From assembly GCF_044704955.1 (NCBI RefSeq), contig NC_091988.1:84692001-84756000 (forward strand): 64,000 bases of DNA, read 5' to 3'. Origin of the DNA: Pristiophorus japonicus. Taxonomy: Eukaryota. The notes beneath the pieces were generated by a model. The model was not told the origin of the DNA. It saw nothing but the letters and a program-made list of their open reading frames with translations, and searched no databases. The position numbers and the translations under genes are program-made. Of the stretch, positions 50,921-62,839 are shown piece after piece; position 1 is the first letter of the stretch, and every line of letters starts with the position of its first letter.

Positions 50921-51859
50921 GTTTAAAAAGGATGGAACCTGCATGCATACAGCACAGTAGGAGGCCACTTGACCCTTTCTGCCTGTATTTAACATAGGAG
51001 CAGTAGTAGGCTGTTTGATCCTGTACTGCCATTCAATATGATGATGTCTGATCCTCTCTCAATACCATATTCCTGCTTTCTCCCATACTCTTTTTGTCTT
51101 GCTATATCTCAAATATATTCCATTACTTGGTCTCCTCCACAACCTTCTGTGGTAGAGAATTCCACAGGTTCACCACCCTCTGGAAATTTCTCATGTCCTA
51201 AATTTCCTACCCATTATCCTGAGACACTGACCTTGTTCTAGACTTCCCAGCCAGGGGCAACATCGTTTGTCTAACCCCATCAGAATTTTATACATTTCAA
51301 TGAGAACTCAATCTTAACTCGAGTGAATACAGGCCTAGTTGACTGATTTCTCTCCTCATATGACAGTCCTGCCATCCCAAGAAATCAGTCTGGTGACCCT
51401 TTGCTGCACTCCCTCTATGGAAAGTATAACCTTTAGTACTTTAAATCTATCATCTGGTGACTGACCCTTCTGCTAGAAAGTGTGCTCCTCCCCATTCCTT
51501 ATTAAAACATAATGTTTTTGAAAGTCTCTATTAAATCTCCACTTCACAACTTTTCAAATAAATAAATCTCCACTCCTATGGGTTAAATATTGTGCCTTTT
51601 TAAATGGATGTAAGTAATAAGGAGCTGCTGCCATCTTTCTACAGAAAGTAGATGGGGTTACAGACACCCAGCATTCAGTCAGCCAGGAAGTTGTGTGAGC
51701 AGGTTCTAGTCTCCCTCCAGTGCCAAGGGAATAGACCAAAGCAGCATCTCCTTAATTGGCCACTGCAGGTAGGTTATGTTTTGGCCTCCACATGTACTGT
51801 AACTTCACTAAATGTGTTCCACATTTAATATCCCTTGAGGGTTAGTTGGAATTGTCTTA

Positions 51860-53400
51860 ATTTTCTACAGGTACATAAAAAGAGAGAATAGTTAAAGTAA
51901 ATGTTGGCCCCCTAGAGAATGAGACTGGGGAACAGGGAAATGGCAGACAAATATTTTGTATTCTTCGGTAGACTTTTTTTTAAACTGCTCCAATCATTGA
52001 CCTGGACCTTGCGTATTTGTCACTGGTCACCATCCAGCACCTGATGGCCTCCCTGCAATAAGCTGGCTGCTGTGCATTCTCCCTGCCCCGCAGCGGGACA
52101 ATGGAAAACGTTGTGATGTCGAGGGAAGCCATGCCCCTGTCACTCCCTGCTCCCGGAGGCAGGCGGACTCATGTTGCCCAAAGATGGCACCCAAACTCAC
52201 CGCAACCCCTGACAGTAACACAGCCCTTCCACCCCCGAAGCTGCCCCGCTGCCGCTGCCGACTTGGTGGCTGAATCTCTCCACCCGCGCATGTACTTGAC
52301 TAAGTCTGCAGGGAGGTTGTGTGATGCCCAGGACACTCATCCATCCTCCGGTGGCTGTGAAACACATCTATCCACCAGTAATCTCGCACAGAAGGTTGCT
52401 GCACAAGATAAAAGTTCACGGGGTTGGGGGTAATATATTAGCATGGATAGAGGATTGGCGACGAGTCGGGATAAATGGGTAATTTTCCAGTTGGCAAACA
52501 GTAACTAGTGGGGTACGACAGGGATCGGTGCTGGGCCCTCAACTATGTACAATCTATTAATGACTTGGATGAAAGGGCCAAGTTTGCTGATACAAAGATG
52601 GGTAGGAAAGCAAATTGTGAAGAGGACACAATCAGCAAAGGGATATAGACAAGCTAAGCGAATGGGCAAAAATTTAGCAGCTGGAGTATAATGTGGGAAA
52701 ATGTAAGGTTATCCACTTTGGCAGATATAATTGAGAAGCAAATTGTAATTTTAAATGAAGATAAATTGCAAAATGCTGCAGTACTGGGGGAGGGTCCTTG
52801 TGCAAGAAACAAAGTTAGAATGCAGGTACAGCAAGTAATCAGGAAGGCAAATGGCATGTTGGCCTTTATTGCAAGGGGGCTAGAGTATAAAAGCAGGGAA
52901 GTCCTGCTACAACTGTACAGGGTATTGGTGAGGCCACACCTGGATTACTGTGTACAGTTTTGGTCTCTGTATTTAAGGAAGGATATACTTGCATTGAAGG
53001 TTGTTCAGAGAAAGTTTACTAGGTTGATTCTGGAGCTAAGGGGGTTGACTTATGAAGGTAGTTTGGGCCTATATCATTGGAGTTCAGAAGAATGTGAGAT
53101 ACTGAAACATAAGATAATGAGGGAGCTTGACCAGGTGGATGCAGAGAGGATATTTCCACTCTGAGGACACAGTCTCAGAATAGGGGGCTGCCCATTTAAA
53201 AGTGAGATGAGAAATTTCTTCTTGAGGGTTGTAAATCTATGTAACTCTCTGCCTCCGAGAGCTGCAGTCATTGAATATATTTAAGCTGGTGATAGGTTTT
53301 TGAGCGGGAAGCAAGCGGAGTTCATTATCAGATCAGCCATGATCTTATTAATTGGCGGAGCATGCTCGAGGTACCAGGTTGCCAACTCCTGCTCCTATTA
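51860..53400 (+). mobile_element. Old CR1 remnant (unit 5)
   Basis: ORF 52691-53164 with CR1 RT C-terminal motifs. Confidence 0.75.
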
Positions 53401-55402
53401 TTCTTATACTACTTCTGGGCTCCCTGACCAGAGGAAATATTTTTCCTGACCAATTCCTTTTAACCTACATCTCAATTAGATCACCCTTTGAACCTTCTTT
53501 ACTCAAGGAATACAAATCGAGTCTAAGCAGCCTGTTTCTATAATTTAACCCTTTTAGCCCTAGTATCATTCTGATAGATATTGGCCAGAACACAGAGCAC
53601 TGCCCTGCTCTTCCAATAGTCCCATGGGATATTTTACGGCTGCTCGAGAGGGCAGATGGTGCTGTGGTTGAACGTCCCATCTGAAAGACGCACCTCTACC
53701 AGTGCAGTGCTCCTTCAGTACTCAACTAGTGTTGGCCTGGATTTTATGCTGCAGTCTCTGGAGTGGGATTTGAACACATGATCTTCTGACTCGGGTAGGA
53801 GCACTACCTACTGAGGCAAATTCAATGTCTGATCTCCTCTGTACTAAACATTTTTAAAGGCACTGACTCTTATGGTACTGAGGCCAACAGAGCAGAAAAT
53901 TTCAGATTTGATGCTTGGTCTGCTCAGTGTTAGCCAATCTCAGCAAGAGGAGCAGTGTGGGGGAATAGAGTTGGCCTCTGACGCTTGCCTAGTGAGGAGG
54001 CAAGTTAGCTGAAGATTCTTGCTCCTGATCACTATCCGGACACCCTGTCTGGAAACTGCAATTGTGAGGAGTGGATTCAAGTTTATGATGCTGTTTTCCA
54101 ATCCCCTACACTCCCTCCCCAATATCCCTTTTCCCAACTCCACCCTGGGGCTGGAATCAGTATAAAACTCCCCTTGGGCTGTACTTGTAAACTTTTTGTA
54201 TACATAGGTGTTTTCAGATCATGGTGCTCTATGTAATGCCATGTATAATGCAAGTTCTGTTTAGTAATAGATTTCTTTCCAACATACAACAGTAACCTCA
54301 CCCATTCCATGTACTGTAATTGGATGACTGTATTACATTGTCTCCTGAATTGTACCTCCTAAATGTAAAGCAAGCAAATGTATTAAACGGAACTGCTGTC
54401 AGCATCTAAAATGTATTGTATGGAATTGCTGACTACATCCAAATGTACTGAACTGGTTCCCAATGTATTTTGTAAATTTTTATATTGAAGTATATTTTGA
54501 GGGAAGGCATCATGTCGCCAGTCGAATTCAGTGACTGGGCGAGCCCGATTGTGCCAGTGCTCAAGGCGGATGGGTCGGTCAGGATATGTGGCGATTACAT
54601 GGCCACCATCAATCGGGTGTCACTCCAAGACCAGTACCCGCTACCGAGAGCGGAGGACCTCTTTGCGACGCTATCCGGTGGCAAACTTTTTTCAAAATTG
54701 GACCTGACCTCAGCGTACATGACCCAGGAGCTGGCGAGTGAGTCGAAGAAGCTGACCACCATCACGACACACAAGGGGTTGTTTGAGTACAACAGATGTC
54801 CGTTCGGGATTCGCTCGGCCACCGCGATCTTCCAACGAAATATGGAAAGTCTCCTCAAGTCGATTCCAGGGACGGTGGTTTTTCAGGACGACATCCTCAT
54901 TACGGGTTACGATACTGAAGAACACCTCCACAACCTGGAGGAGGTGCTACGCAGACTGGACCGGGTAGGTCTGCGACTGAAAAAGCCGAAGTGCGTCTTC
55001 CTAGCTCCAGAGGTAGAATTCCTGGGGATGAGGGTAGCAGCAGACGGGATCAGCCCTACTGCATCCAAGACGGAAGCGATCCAGAGAGCACCCAGACCCC
55101 GTAACATGACGGAGCTGCGTTCGTTCCTGGGGCTCCTGAACTATTATGGTAACTTTCTTCCCAAATTGAGCACGCTGCTAGAGCCGCTACACGTGCTCCT
55201 ACGCAAAGGTCGCGAATGGGTCTGGGGGGACAGCCAGGAAAGGGCTTTTAATAGAGCACGCAATTTGTTATGTTCCAACAATCTGTTAACGCTATATGAC
55301 CCATGTAAGAAACTTGTGTTAACGTGCGATGCGTCGTTCTATGGTGTCGGGTGTGTGTTGCAGCATGTGAATGCCAAGGGTCAGTTACAGCCAGTAGCTT
55401 AT

Positions 55403-57296
55403 AGAAACATACAAACATAGAAAATAGGTGCAGGAGTAGGCCATTCAGCCCTTCTAGCCTGCACCGCCATTCAATGAGTTCATGGCTGAACATGCACTTC
55501 AGTAACCCCTTCCTGCTTTCTCGCCATACCCCTTGATCCCCCGAGTAGTAAGGACTTCATCTAACTCCCTTTTGAATATATTTAGTGAATTGGTCTCAAC
55601 TACTTTCTGTGGTAGAGAATTCCACAGGTTCACCACTCTCTGGGTGAAGAAGTTTCTCCTCATCTCGGTCCTAAATGGCTTACCCCTTATCCTTAGACTG
55701 TGACCCCTGGTTCTGGACTTCCCTGACATTGGGAACATTCTTCCTGCATCTAACCTGTCTAAACCTGTCAGAATTTTAAACGTTTCTATGAGGTCCCCTC
55801 TCATTCTTCTGAACTCCAGTGAATACAAGCCCAGTTGATCCAGTCTTTCTTCATAGGTCAGTCCCACCATCCTGGGAATCAGTCTGGTGAATCTTCGCTG
55901 CACTCACTCAATAGCAAGAATGTCCTTCCTCAAGTTAGGAGACCAAAACTGTACACAATACTCCAGGTGTGGCCTCACCAAAGCCCTGTACAACTGTAGC
56001 AACACCTCCTGCCCCTGTACTCAAATCCCCTCGCTATGAAGGCCAACATGCCATTTGCTTTCTTAACCGCCTGCTGTACCTGCATGCCAGCCTTCAATGA
56101 CTGATGTACCATGACACCCAGGTCTCGTTGCACCTCCCCTTTTCCTAATCTGTCACCATTCAGATAATAGTCTGTCTCTCTGGTTTTCCCACCAAAGTGG
56201 ATAACCTCACATTTATCCACATTATACTTCAATCTGCCATGCATTTGCCCACTCACCTAACCTATCCAAGTCACTCTGCAGCCTCATAGCATCCTCCTCG
56301 CAGCTCACACTGCCACCCAACTTAGTGTCATCCGCAAATTTGGAGATACTACATTTAATCCCCTCGTCTAAATCATTAATGTACAATGTAAACAGCTGGA
56401 GCCCCAGCACAGAACCTTGCGGTACCCCACTAATCACTGCCTGCCATTCTGAAAAGTACCCATTTTCTCCCTTGTCCACTTTACTGGAAACATCCTCAAA
56501 AAATTCCAGAAGGTTTGTCAAGCATGATTTCCCTTTCACAAATCCATGCTTATCATGTCACCATTTTCCAAATGCACTGCGATGACATCCTTAATAATTG
56601 ATTCCATCATTTTACCCACTACTGATGTCAGGCTGACCGGTCTATAATTCCCTGTTTTCTCTCTCCCTCCTTTTTTAAAAAGTGGGGTTACATTGGCTAC
56701 CCTTCACTCGATAGGAACTGATTCAGAGTCAATGGAATGTTGGAAAATGACTGTCAATGCATCCACTATTTCCAAGGCCACCTCCTTAAGTACTCTGGGA
56801 TGCAGTCCATCAGGCCCTGGGGATTTATCGGCCTTCAATCCCATCAATTTCCCCAACACAATTTCCCGACTAATAAAGATTTCCCTCAGTTCCTCCTCCT
56901 TACTAGACCCTCTGACCCCTTTTATATCCGGAAGGTTGTTGGTGTCCTCCTTAGTGAATACCGAACCAAAGTACTTGTTCAATTGGTCTGCCATTTCTTT
57001 GTTCCCAGTTATGACTTCCCCTGATTCTGACTGCAGGGGACCTACGTTTGTCTTTACTAACCTTTTTCTCTTTACATACCTATAGAAACCTTTGCAATCC
57101 GCCTTAATGTTCCCTGCAAGCTTCTTCTCGTACTCCATTTTCCCTGCCCTAATCAAACCCTTTGTCCTCCTCTGCTGAGTTCTAAATTTCTCCCAGTCCC
57201 CGGGTTCACTGCTATTTCTGGCCAATTTGTATGCCACTTCCTTGGCTTTAATACTATCCCTGATTTCCCTTGATAGCCACGGTTGAGCCACCTTCC
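55403..57296 (-). mobile_element. 5'-truncated CR1 LINE nested in the Gypsy RNase H domain
   Basis: Minus-strand ORFs KSPGPDGLHPRVLKE, GVPQGSVLG, KFADD, RRFTRLIP; tail AGAAACATACAAACATAGAA at the left end; CTTAT duplicated at 55398-55402 and 57297-57301; internal deletion near 56465. Confidence 0.92.
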
Positions 57297-57361
57297 CTTA
57301 TGCCTCCAGGAGTCTGTCCCAGGCAGAAAGGGGCTATGGGATGGTAGAAAAGGAGGCGCTC

Positions 57362-57413
57362 GCATGTGTATATGCGGTAAAGAAAATGCATGTGTATATG
57401 CGGTAAAGAAAAT
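57362..57413 (+). repeat. 26-bp tandem duplication frameshifting Gypsy pol
   Basis: GCATGTGTATATGCGGTAAAGAAAAT x2. Confidence 0.9.
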
Positions 57414-59053
57414 GCACCAGTACCTGTTTGGCAGGAAACTTGAGCTGGAGACAGATCACAAACCCCTAACGTCCCTTTTGGCCGACAACAAGGTCATAAA
57501 TGCAAACGCATCGGCCCGCATACAGAGGTGGGCACTCACGTTAGCTGCCTATGACTACACAATTCGGCATAGACCGGGCACCGAAAACTGCGCCGATGCA
57601 CTCAGCAGGCTCCTACTAGCCACCACTGAGGGGACTACCGAGCATGGTGCTGAGATGGTCATGACTGTTGAAGCTTTCGGAAGCGAAGGCTCACCCGTGA
57701 CAGCCCGTCAGATTAAAGTCTGGACAAACAGAGACCCGCTATTGTCTCTAGTCAAGAAATGTGTCCTGAATGGGGACTGGGCAGCCATGTACAGGGCATG
57801 CCCTGAGAAATTTAAACCATTTCACAGGTGCAAGGATGAACTCTCGATTCAGGCCGATTGCCTACTGTGGGGAAACCGCGTAGTCATGCCCCAGATGGGC
57901 AGAGAGGTGTTCATCAGAGAACTCCACAATGGGCACCCGGGCATTGTCACGATGAAGGCAATTGCCAAGTCACACGTTTGGTGGCCAGGGATAGACGCAG
58001 ATCTGGAACTTTGTGTTCGCAGGTGCAACACGTGTGCCCAGCTGGGCCATGCGCCCAGGGAAGCCCCCCTTAGCCCCTGGCCATGGCCCGCCAAGCCTTG
58101 GTCACGCATCCATGTGGACTACGCAGGTCCTTTCATGGGGAAAATGTTTTTGGTTGTAGTAGACGCCTACTCCAAATGGATCGAGTGTGACATTTTAAAT
58201 TCAAGCACATCCTCTGCCACGGTAGAAAGTCTACGGCAAATGTTCGCCGCCCATGGTCTACCGGACATCTTGGTCAGCGACAATGGCCCGTGCTTCACAA
58301 GCACTGAATTCCAGGACTTCATGCAGGCAATGGAATTAACCATGTTAGAACGGCACCATTCAAGCCGGCCTCAAACGGCCAGGCAGAACGAGCAGTGCAG
58401 ATAATCAAACAGGGGATGCTCAGATTCCAAGGGGGTTCCCTACAAACCCGCTTATCACGCCTCCTGTTGGCCTATAGATCCCGACCACACTCGCTCACAG
58501 GGGTTCCACCCGCACAGCTACTAATGAAAAGGAAGCTCAAAACCCGATTATCCCTTATACACTCCACCATGAAAGAAATTGTCGAGAGCAGGCGCCAGTC
58601 ACAATATCACTACCATGACAGGAATGCGAGGGCGCGATGTATTGATGCAAATGATCCTGTTTTTGTCCTCAACTACGCTGCAGGGCCCAAATGGCTCGCA
58701 GGCACTGTGGTTGCCAAAGAGGGAAATAGGATTCTGGTAGTTAAACTTACCAATGGACAAATCTGCCGCAAACATGTGGATCAAACAAAAAGGAGGTTCA
58801 GCAACCCCATAGAAGAAGCAGAGGAAGAACACGATATAGAGTTCACTCCACCACAGGTGACCGAACACCGGAACCAAAGGGAGGAGAGCCCAGTTTCTGT
58901 GGGCAGTCCGGACAGGCCTGAGGCACTGCAAACAGCAGACACTCAGGCCAGCGCCCAACAACCAGAGCCCCAACTCAGGCGCTCTACAAGGGAGCATAAA
59001 CCACCAGAGAGACTCAACCTGTGATCCCAATAAGACTTTGAGGGGGGAGGTGC

Positions 59054-59287
59054 TGTCATGTATTCAACCAGCAGTGTAACCCATGTATAAACTGACCGAA
59101 GTTGTACACCGTGAGAACACTGACCACTAGGTGGGAGACACTCCTAACCTGGACCTTCAGGTATAAAAGGGGATGCTCCACCCACCTTCATCACTTGAAT
59201 GCTAAGGAATAAAGGACAGGTCACAGACTGACCTTCTCTCAAGCATGGGCCTCGTGTGCATTTTTACTGTGTAGTAAGGACGTAACA
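59054..59287 (+). repeat. 3' LTR of the Gypsy element
   Basis: TG...CA ends just after the PPT; TATAAAA 59162-59168; AATAAA 59208-59213. Host SINE sequence ACAACTGTGACC resumes at 59288. Confidence 0.75.
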
Positions 59288-62200
59288 ACAACTGTGACCA
59301 CACTTCAAAAATACTGAATTGACTGTAAAGTGCTTTTGGATGTTCCGTGGTTGTGAAATGTGCTATATAGACACAAGGGGCTAGATCTTCGGCTTTCCGT
59401 TTTCAGGGCGAAAACAGAGGCTAGGCAGGGAATTTACTGCCCAATTAACGTCAGCGATTAATTGCTTAACTTTCAACATTTGGGCTCTGTGCCAGAGGTG
59501 GAGCACAAAGGGAGGCGTTGAACTACTTTTGCAGCTCAAAAACAGGAACCTCGCCAACTTTAGTGCGGGGCCAGGAGCGCTCAGAGAGAGGCCTTGGGAG
59601 GGGAAAAAATGTCAAAAAATCATTAAAGAAACATTGCAAACACCCTTACCTCACAAATCGCTGCAAAAATGAAAACATTAAATATTTTAACTTACCTTTT
59701 TTCCAGTTTATCCAACTCACCACCGCTGACAGGACTGTGTTTTCCCTGGTGGTCATCGTGGGGTGCGTTTCGCGGCGTACGGGTCGAGTGAGACTCGAAA
59801 CTCGCAGCGGTGTCACAATGTGAGCCGGTGCACACCTGGCGCTTCTAAGCGCCGCCGCAAAAAAGGAATCGAGGATCGCGACAGGGTGAAAAACAGCTGA
59901 CCGACAAGAGTTTTCGCCGCGGAGGGTCAAAACCCGGCAAAAACCCGGTCGCAAATGACCCCAAAATCCAGCCCAAGTTCTTTCTTTCTTTTCACTGGGT
60001 GCACAAATGGATTGTCCATTTTACCGTAGTAGAACCACACTATAACATGGCACATCGGGACACTTCCTCCAATGGGGCCGCGCCACACTACCTGAGCACA
60101 GCTTCTGCCGAAACCAAACCACAAGTTCCTGAGGCGGCGGTTAATCCCCCCAATAAACCACAGCCAGCTTCCTCCACATCTTCCTGCCAAGGTCATGAAC
60201 AACACAGCACAGCACTCTATAAACCAATTAATCAGCAAGGCCAAGAATTATAGCAGGGGCATTGGTTGACTTTCCCCCCCTTCCATAACCGACACTAAGG
60301 CAAATTGATCAACACCATGGGCCAAGACTAGTAAGCTCAGGACAAGTTCAGAAGTTAAATGTGGTGTCTGCTTGCCTGTCTGGTTCAGTTCCACCCTGAG
60401 TGAACCATTGGGTCGTAGATCAGGAGCTGGGATTCCAGGGCTGGGACTAAGGAGTGGGCAGGGGACGGTTGGAGAGGGGGCGGAGGGCTCCAGGAAGGTC
60501 CTAGAGTAACAGAAGAAGGTGGGGGCGGGAAGGTAGGGGAAGGGGATGGGGGGCAGGGACAGTTGCAGGGGGTGGGGGCTGGACCAGCTGGTTTGGCAGG
60601 GTTCGGACAGGGGGTGAGGAACAGTGCGAGTGGTGAGGTGCTGGGGCACATAGTGGCCAGTTGAAGGGGAAAGGTGGGGGGACAGGGGTGGGGGGTGGGT
60701 GGGGCTAGGAGGGACGTAACAGACATTGGGGTGCAGGAATTGTGGACGGGGTGGGGTCAGTAGGTGGCAGCATCAGTGGGGGGAGGGGGCAGGGGATAGT
60801 TAGCAGGGTGCTGGAATTAACGATGGGGGTGAGCTCAGGAGTGGGAGAGGAGGGAAGCTCAATTGGCAAAAGAATTTTCAATGATAATCGAGAGAGAAGA
60901 ATTCTGTAATAACTTGACCTCTGACCCAGGGCCATCGAAGACAAATATTCACAGGCCCAGACTGAGTGCAGCCCACGGGTTGGGAGGGGTCACTCAGCCT
61001 TCCTGTCTCTCCTCCTCGGTCTTGTCCATGCTCAGGTGGCCCTGGAGAGGGAGCATGCGGTGCCCATCGGTACACTCGAGTCCTCCTGCAACCGATGGGT
61101 ACCGCAGGGAAAGGAAAGTCTTATCGACACGAGTAATAATATTGTGATTTACATTATGAGTTTATTTTAGGTGATATTAATAGGTGATGATGTTTAATTA
61201 TATTAGTGGTGCCGCCTCAGTTTGAGGGGCACTTATGCAGCTGCCTCTCTGTTGGTGGAACTGGGCCAATCCAGCATCACTTCTATTGATTTATTAAAAT
61301 AAACCAAGACTTGACCAATTCTCTACATGCAATCAGCTATTGGACCTCAACAGGTCACTACAGACTGCATCAGGCTGTAGGGCAGTTATCCTGTTTCGAT
61401 CTGAATCCAATCTCATTCTAAACAAGTCTCCAATCGTTTTCGGGTCTTGCACCAAAAGGATTATAAAAGAGCCCATGTACAGCTTTAAAACTAACAACAA
61501 CCTGCACTTATGTAGCGCCTTTAACATCGTAAGATGACCCAAGGTGCTTCACAGTAGTGTTATCAAACACAATTTGACACTGAGTTACAAGTGGAGATAT
61601 TAGAACAGGTGATCAAAAACTTGTCAAATAGATAGGTCTTAAAGAGCGTCTTCCAGGAGGACAAACGCAAAATATTGCAGGTGCTGGAAATTTGAAATAA
61701 AAATAGAAAATTTTGGAAATACTCAGCAGGTCAGGCAACATTTTGGAGAGAGAAACACAGTTAACGTTTCAGGTCGATGAACTTCCATCAGAATTTAATG
61801 TCGATGATCTTTCATTAGCGTCTGAGAGGAGGAGAGAGGCAGAGAGGAGGAGAGGCTCAGGGAGGATATCCCAGAGCATAGGGCAAAGGCAGCTGAAGGC
61901 ACAGCCAGCAATGGTGGAGCAATCGAAATCAGGGAGACGCAAGAGGCCACAATTGGAGGAGCGCAGAGATCTCGGAGCGTTGCAGGGTTGGAGGCAGGGG
62001 TGGAGTCGGGCAGTGGTACGGAGATGGAAATAGACTTCTTTCAGTGAAACATTATCAAAGCTCTTAATAAAATATAGCTCTGTATTTATCTGAAGTCAAA
62101 AAGTATGTGTAAATTTAAATAGTTTGAATAGAATGTATGTTCTTTAGGGGGTCTGTATATGTTTCTTTCATTATATTCTGCTTCAGTAAATCTTCAGTAC

Positions 62201-62309
62201 ATCAAAAAACAAAAGCTGAACTTGTCTTGTTCCCATAGACCCAGATAGTCTCCAGCCTGGAGCATCTCCCGATCACTGACCCAGTCTGTGTGAAAAACTT
62301 TCTGGAAAC

Positions 62310-62403
62310 AACCAATTAGTAAGATTGTTGGATAGTCTATTGGTTTCGTTGAACCACACCTGCTCCAATTGTTTTCAGGTGATGGCAGGCTGTGTGTATA
62401 AAA
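62310..62403 (+). promoter_or_regulatory. ZP3 copy 5 proximal promoter
   Basis: Same motif set; TATAAAA at 62397-62403. Confidence 0.72.
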
Positions 62404-62455
62404 GGGGATCAGGGGCCTCCCCACAGAGCACAGTTGAGCTGCAGTAGTTTGTATT

Positions 62456-62839
62456 ATGGGGCAACTAGTGAAGGGTTTGGGTCCTCTGTTGGTGTTGATT
62501 GGAGTTGTTTGTTGCTCTGATACTAGGCAGCGGTTTAGAAACTGGGACTTCCCATGGAGCATTGAGAAGGCCACTCGTGTCCCTTCTGGCCCAGATTTTG
62601 GTTCTGATTTCAGTAAGTCTGAGGGGCAAAGTGTGTCTCCACTGCAGACTGTGATGGTACAGTGTGGAGAGCAGAACCTGCTGGTCAGTGTGCAGATGGA
62701 TTTATTTGGAACCAGGCACTTGATTAAAGCAGCTGATCTGACCCTGGGGTCAACAGGTTGTCGGCCTACTGGGGTCTACTCTCAGAACCACACTTTCCTA
62801 TTTCACTATGGGCTCCATGAATGTGACAGCACAATAAAG
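62456..62839 (+). CDS. ZP3: ZP3-like copy 5, exon 1 (gene continues beyond window)
   Basis: 384-nt exon 1 homologous to copies 1/3/4 (signal peptide + first part of ZP-N), donor AAG|GTAATG. Intron 1 runs to the window end. Confidence 0.88.

Larger units (their letters stand above)
54498..59287 (+). mobile_element. Gypsy/Ty3 LTR retrotransposon, 5'-deleted (RT-RNaseH-integrase, PPT, 3' LTR)
   Basis: RT: WASPIVPVLKADGSVRICGDY, KLDL, PFG, FQDD. RNase H: LTCDAS...PVAY|ASR. Integrase: H..H/C..C finger, HVDYAGP, VSDNGP. PPT GAGGGGGGAGG at ~59040-59050. RT-RH-IN order. Confidence 0.93.

Noticed and set aside
54485-59024. Long RT and integrase ORFs as a domesticated gene
   Set aside because: Interrupted by a CR1, frameshifted twice and 5'-deleted, so it is a dead retrotransposon.
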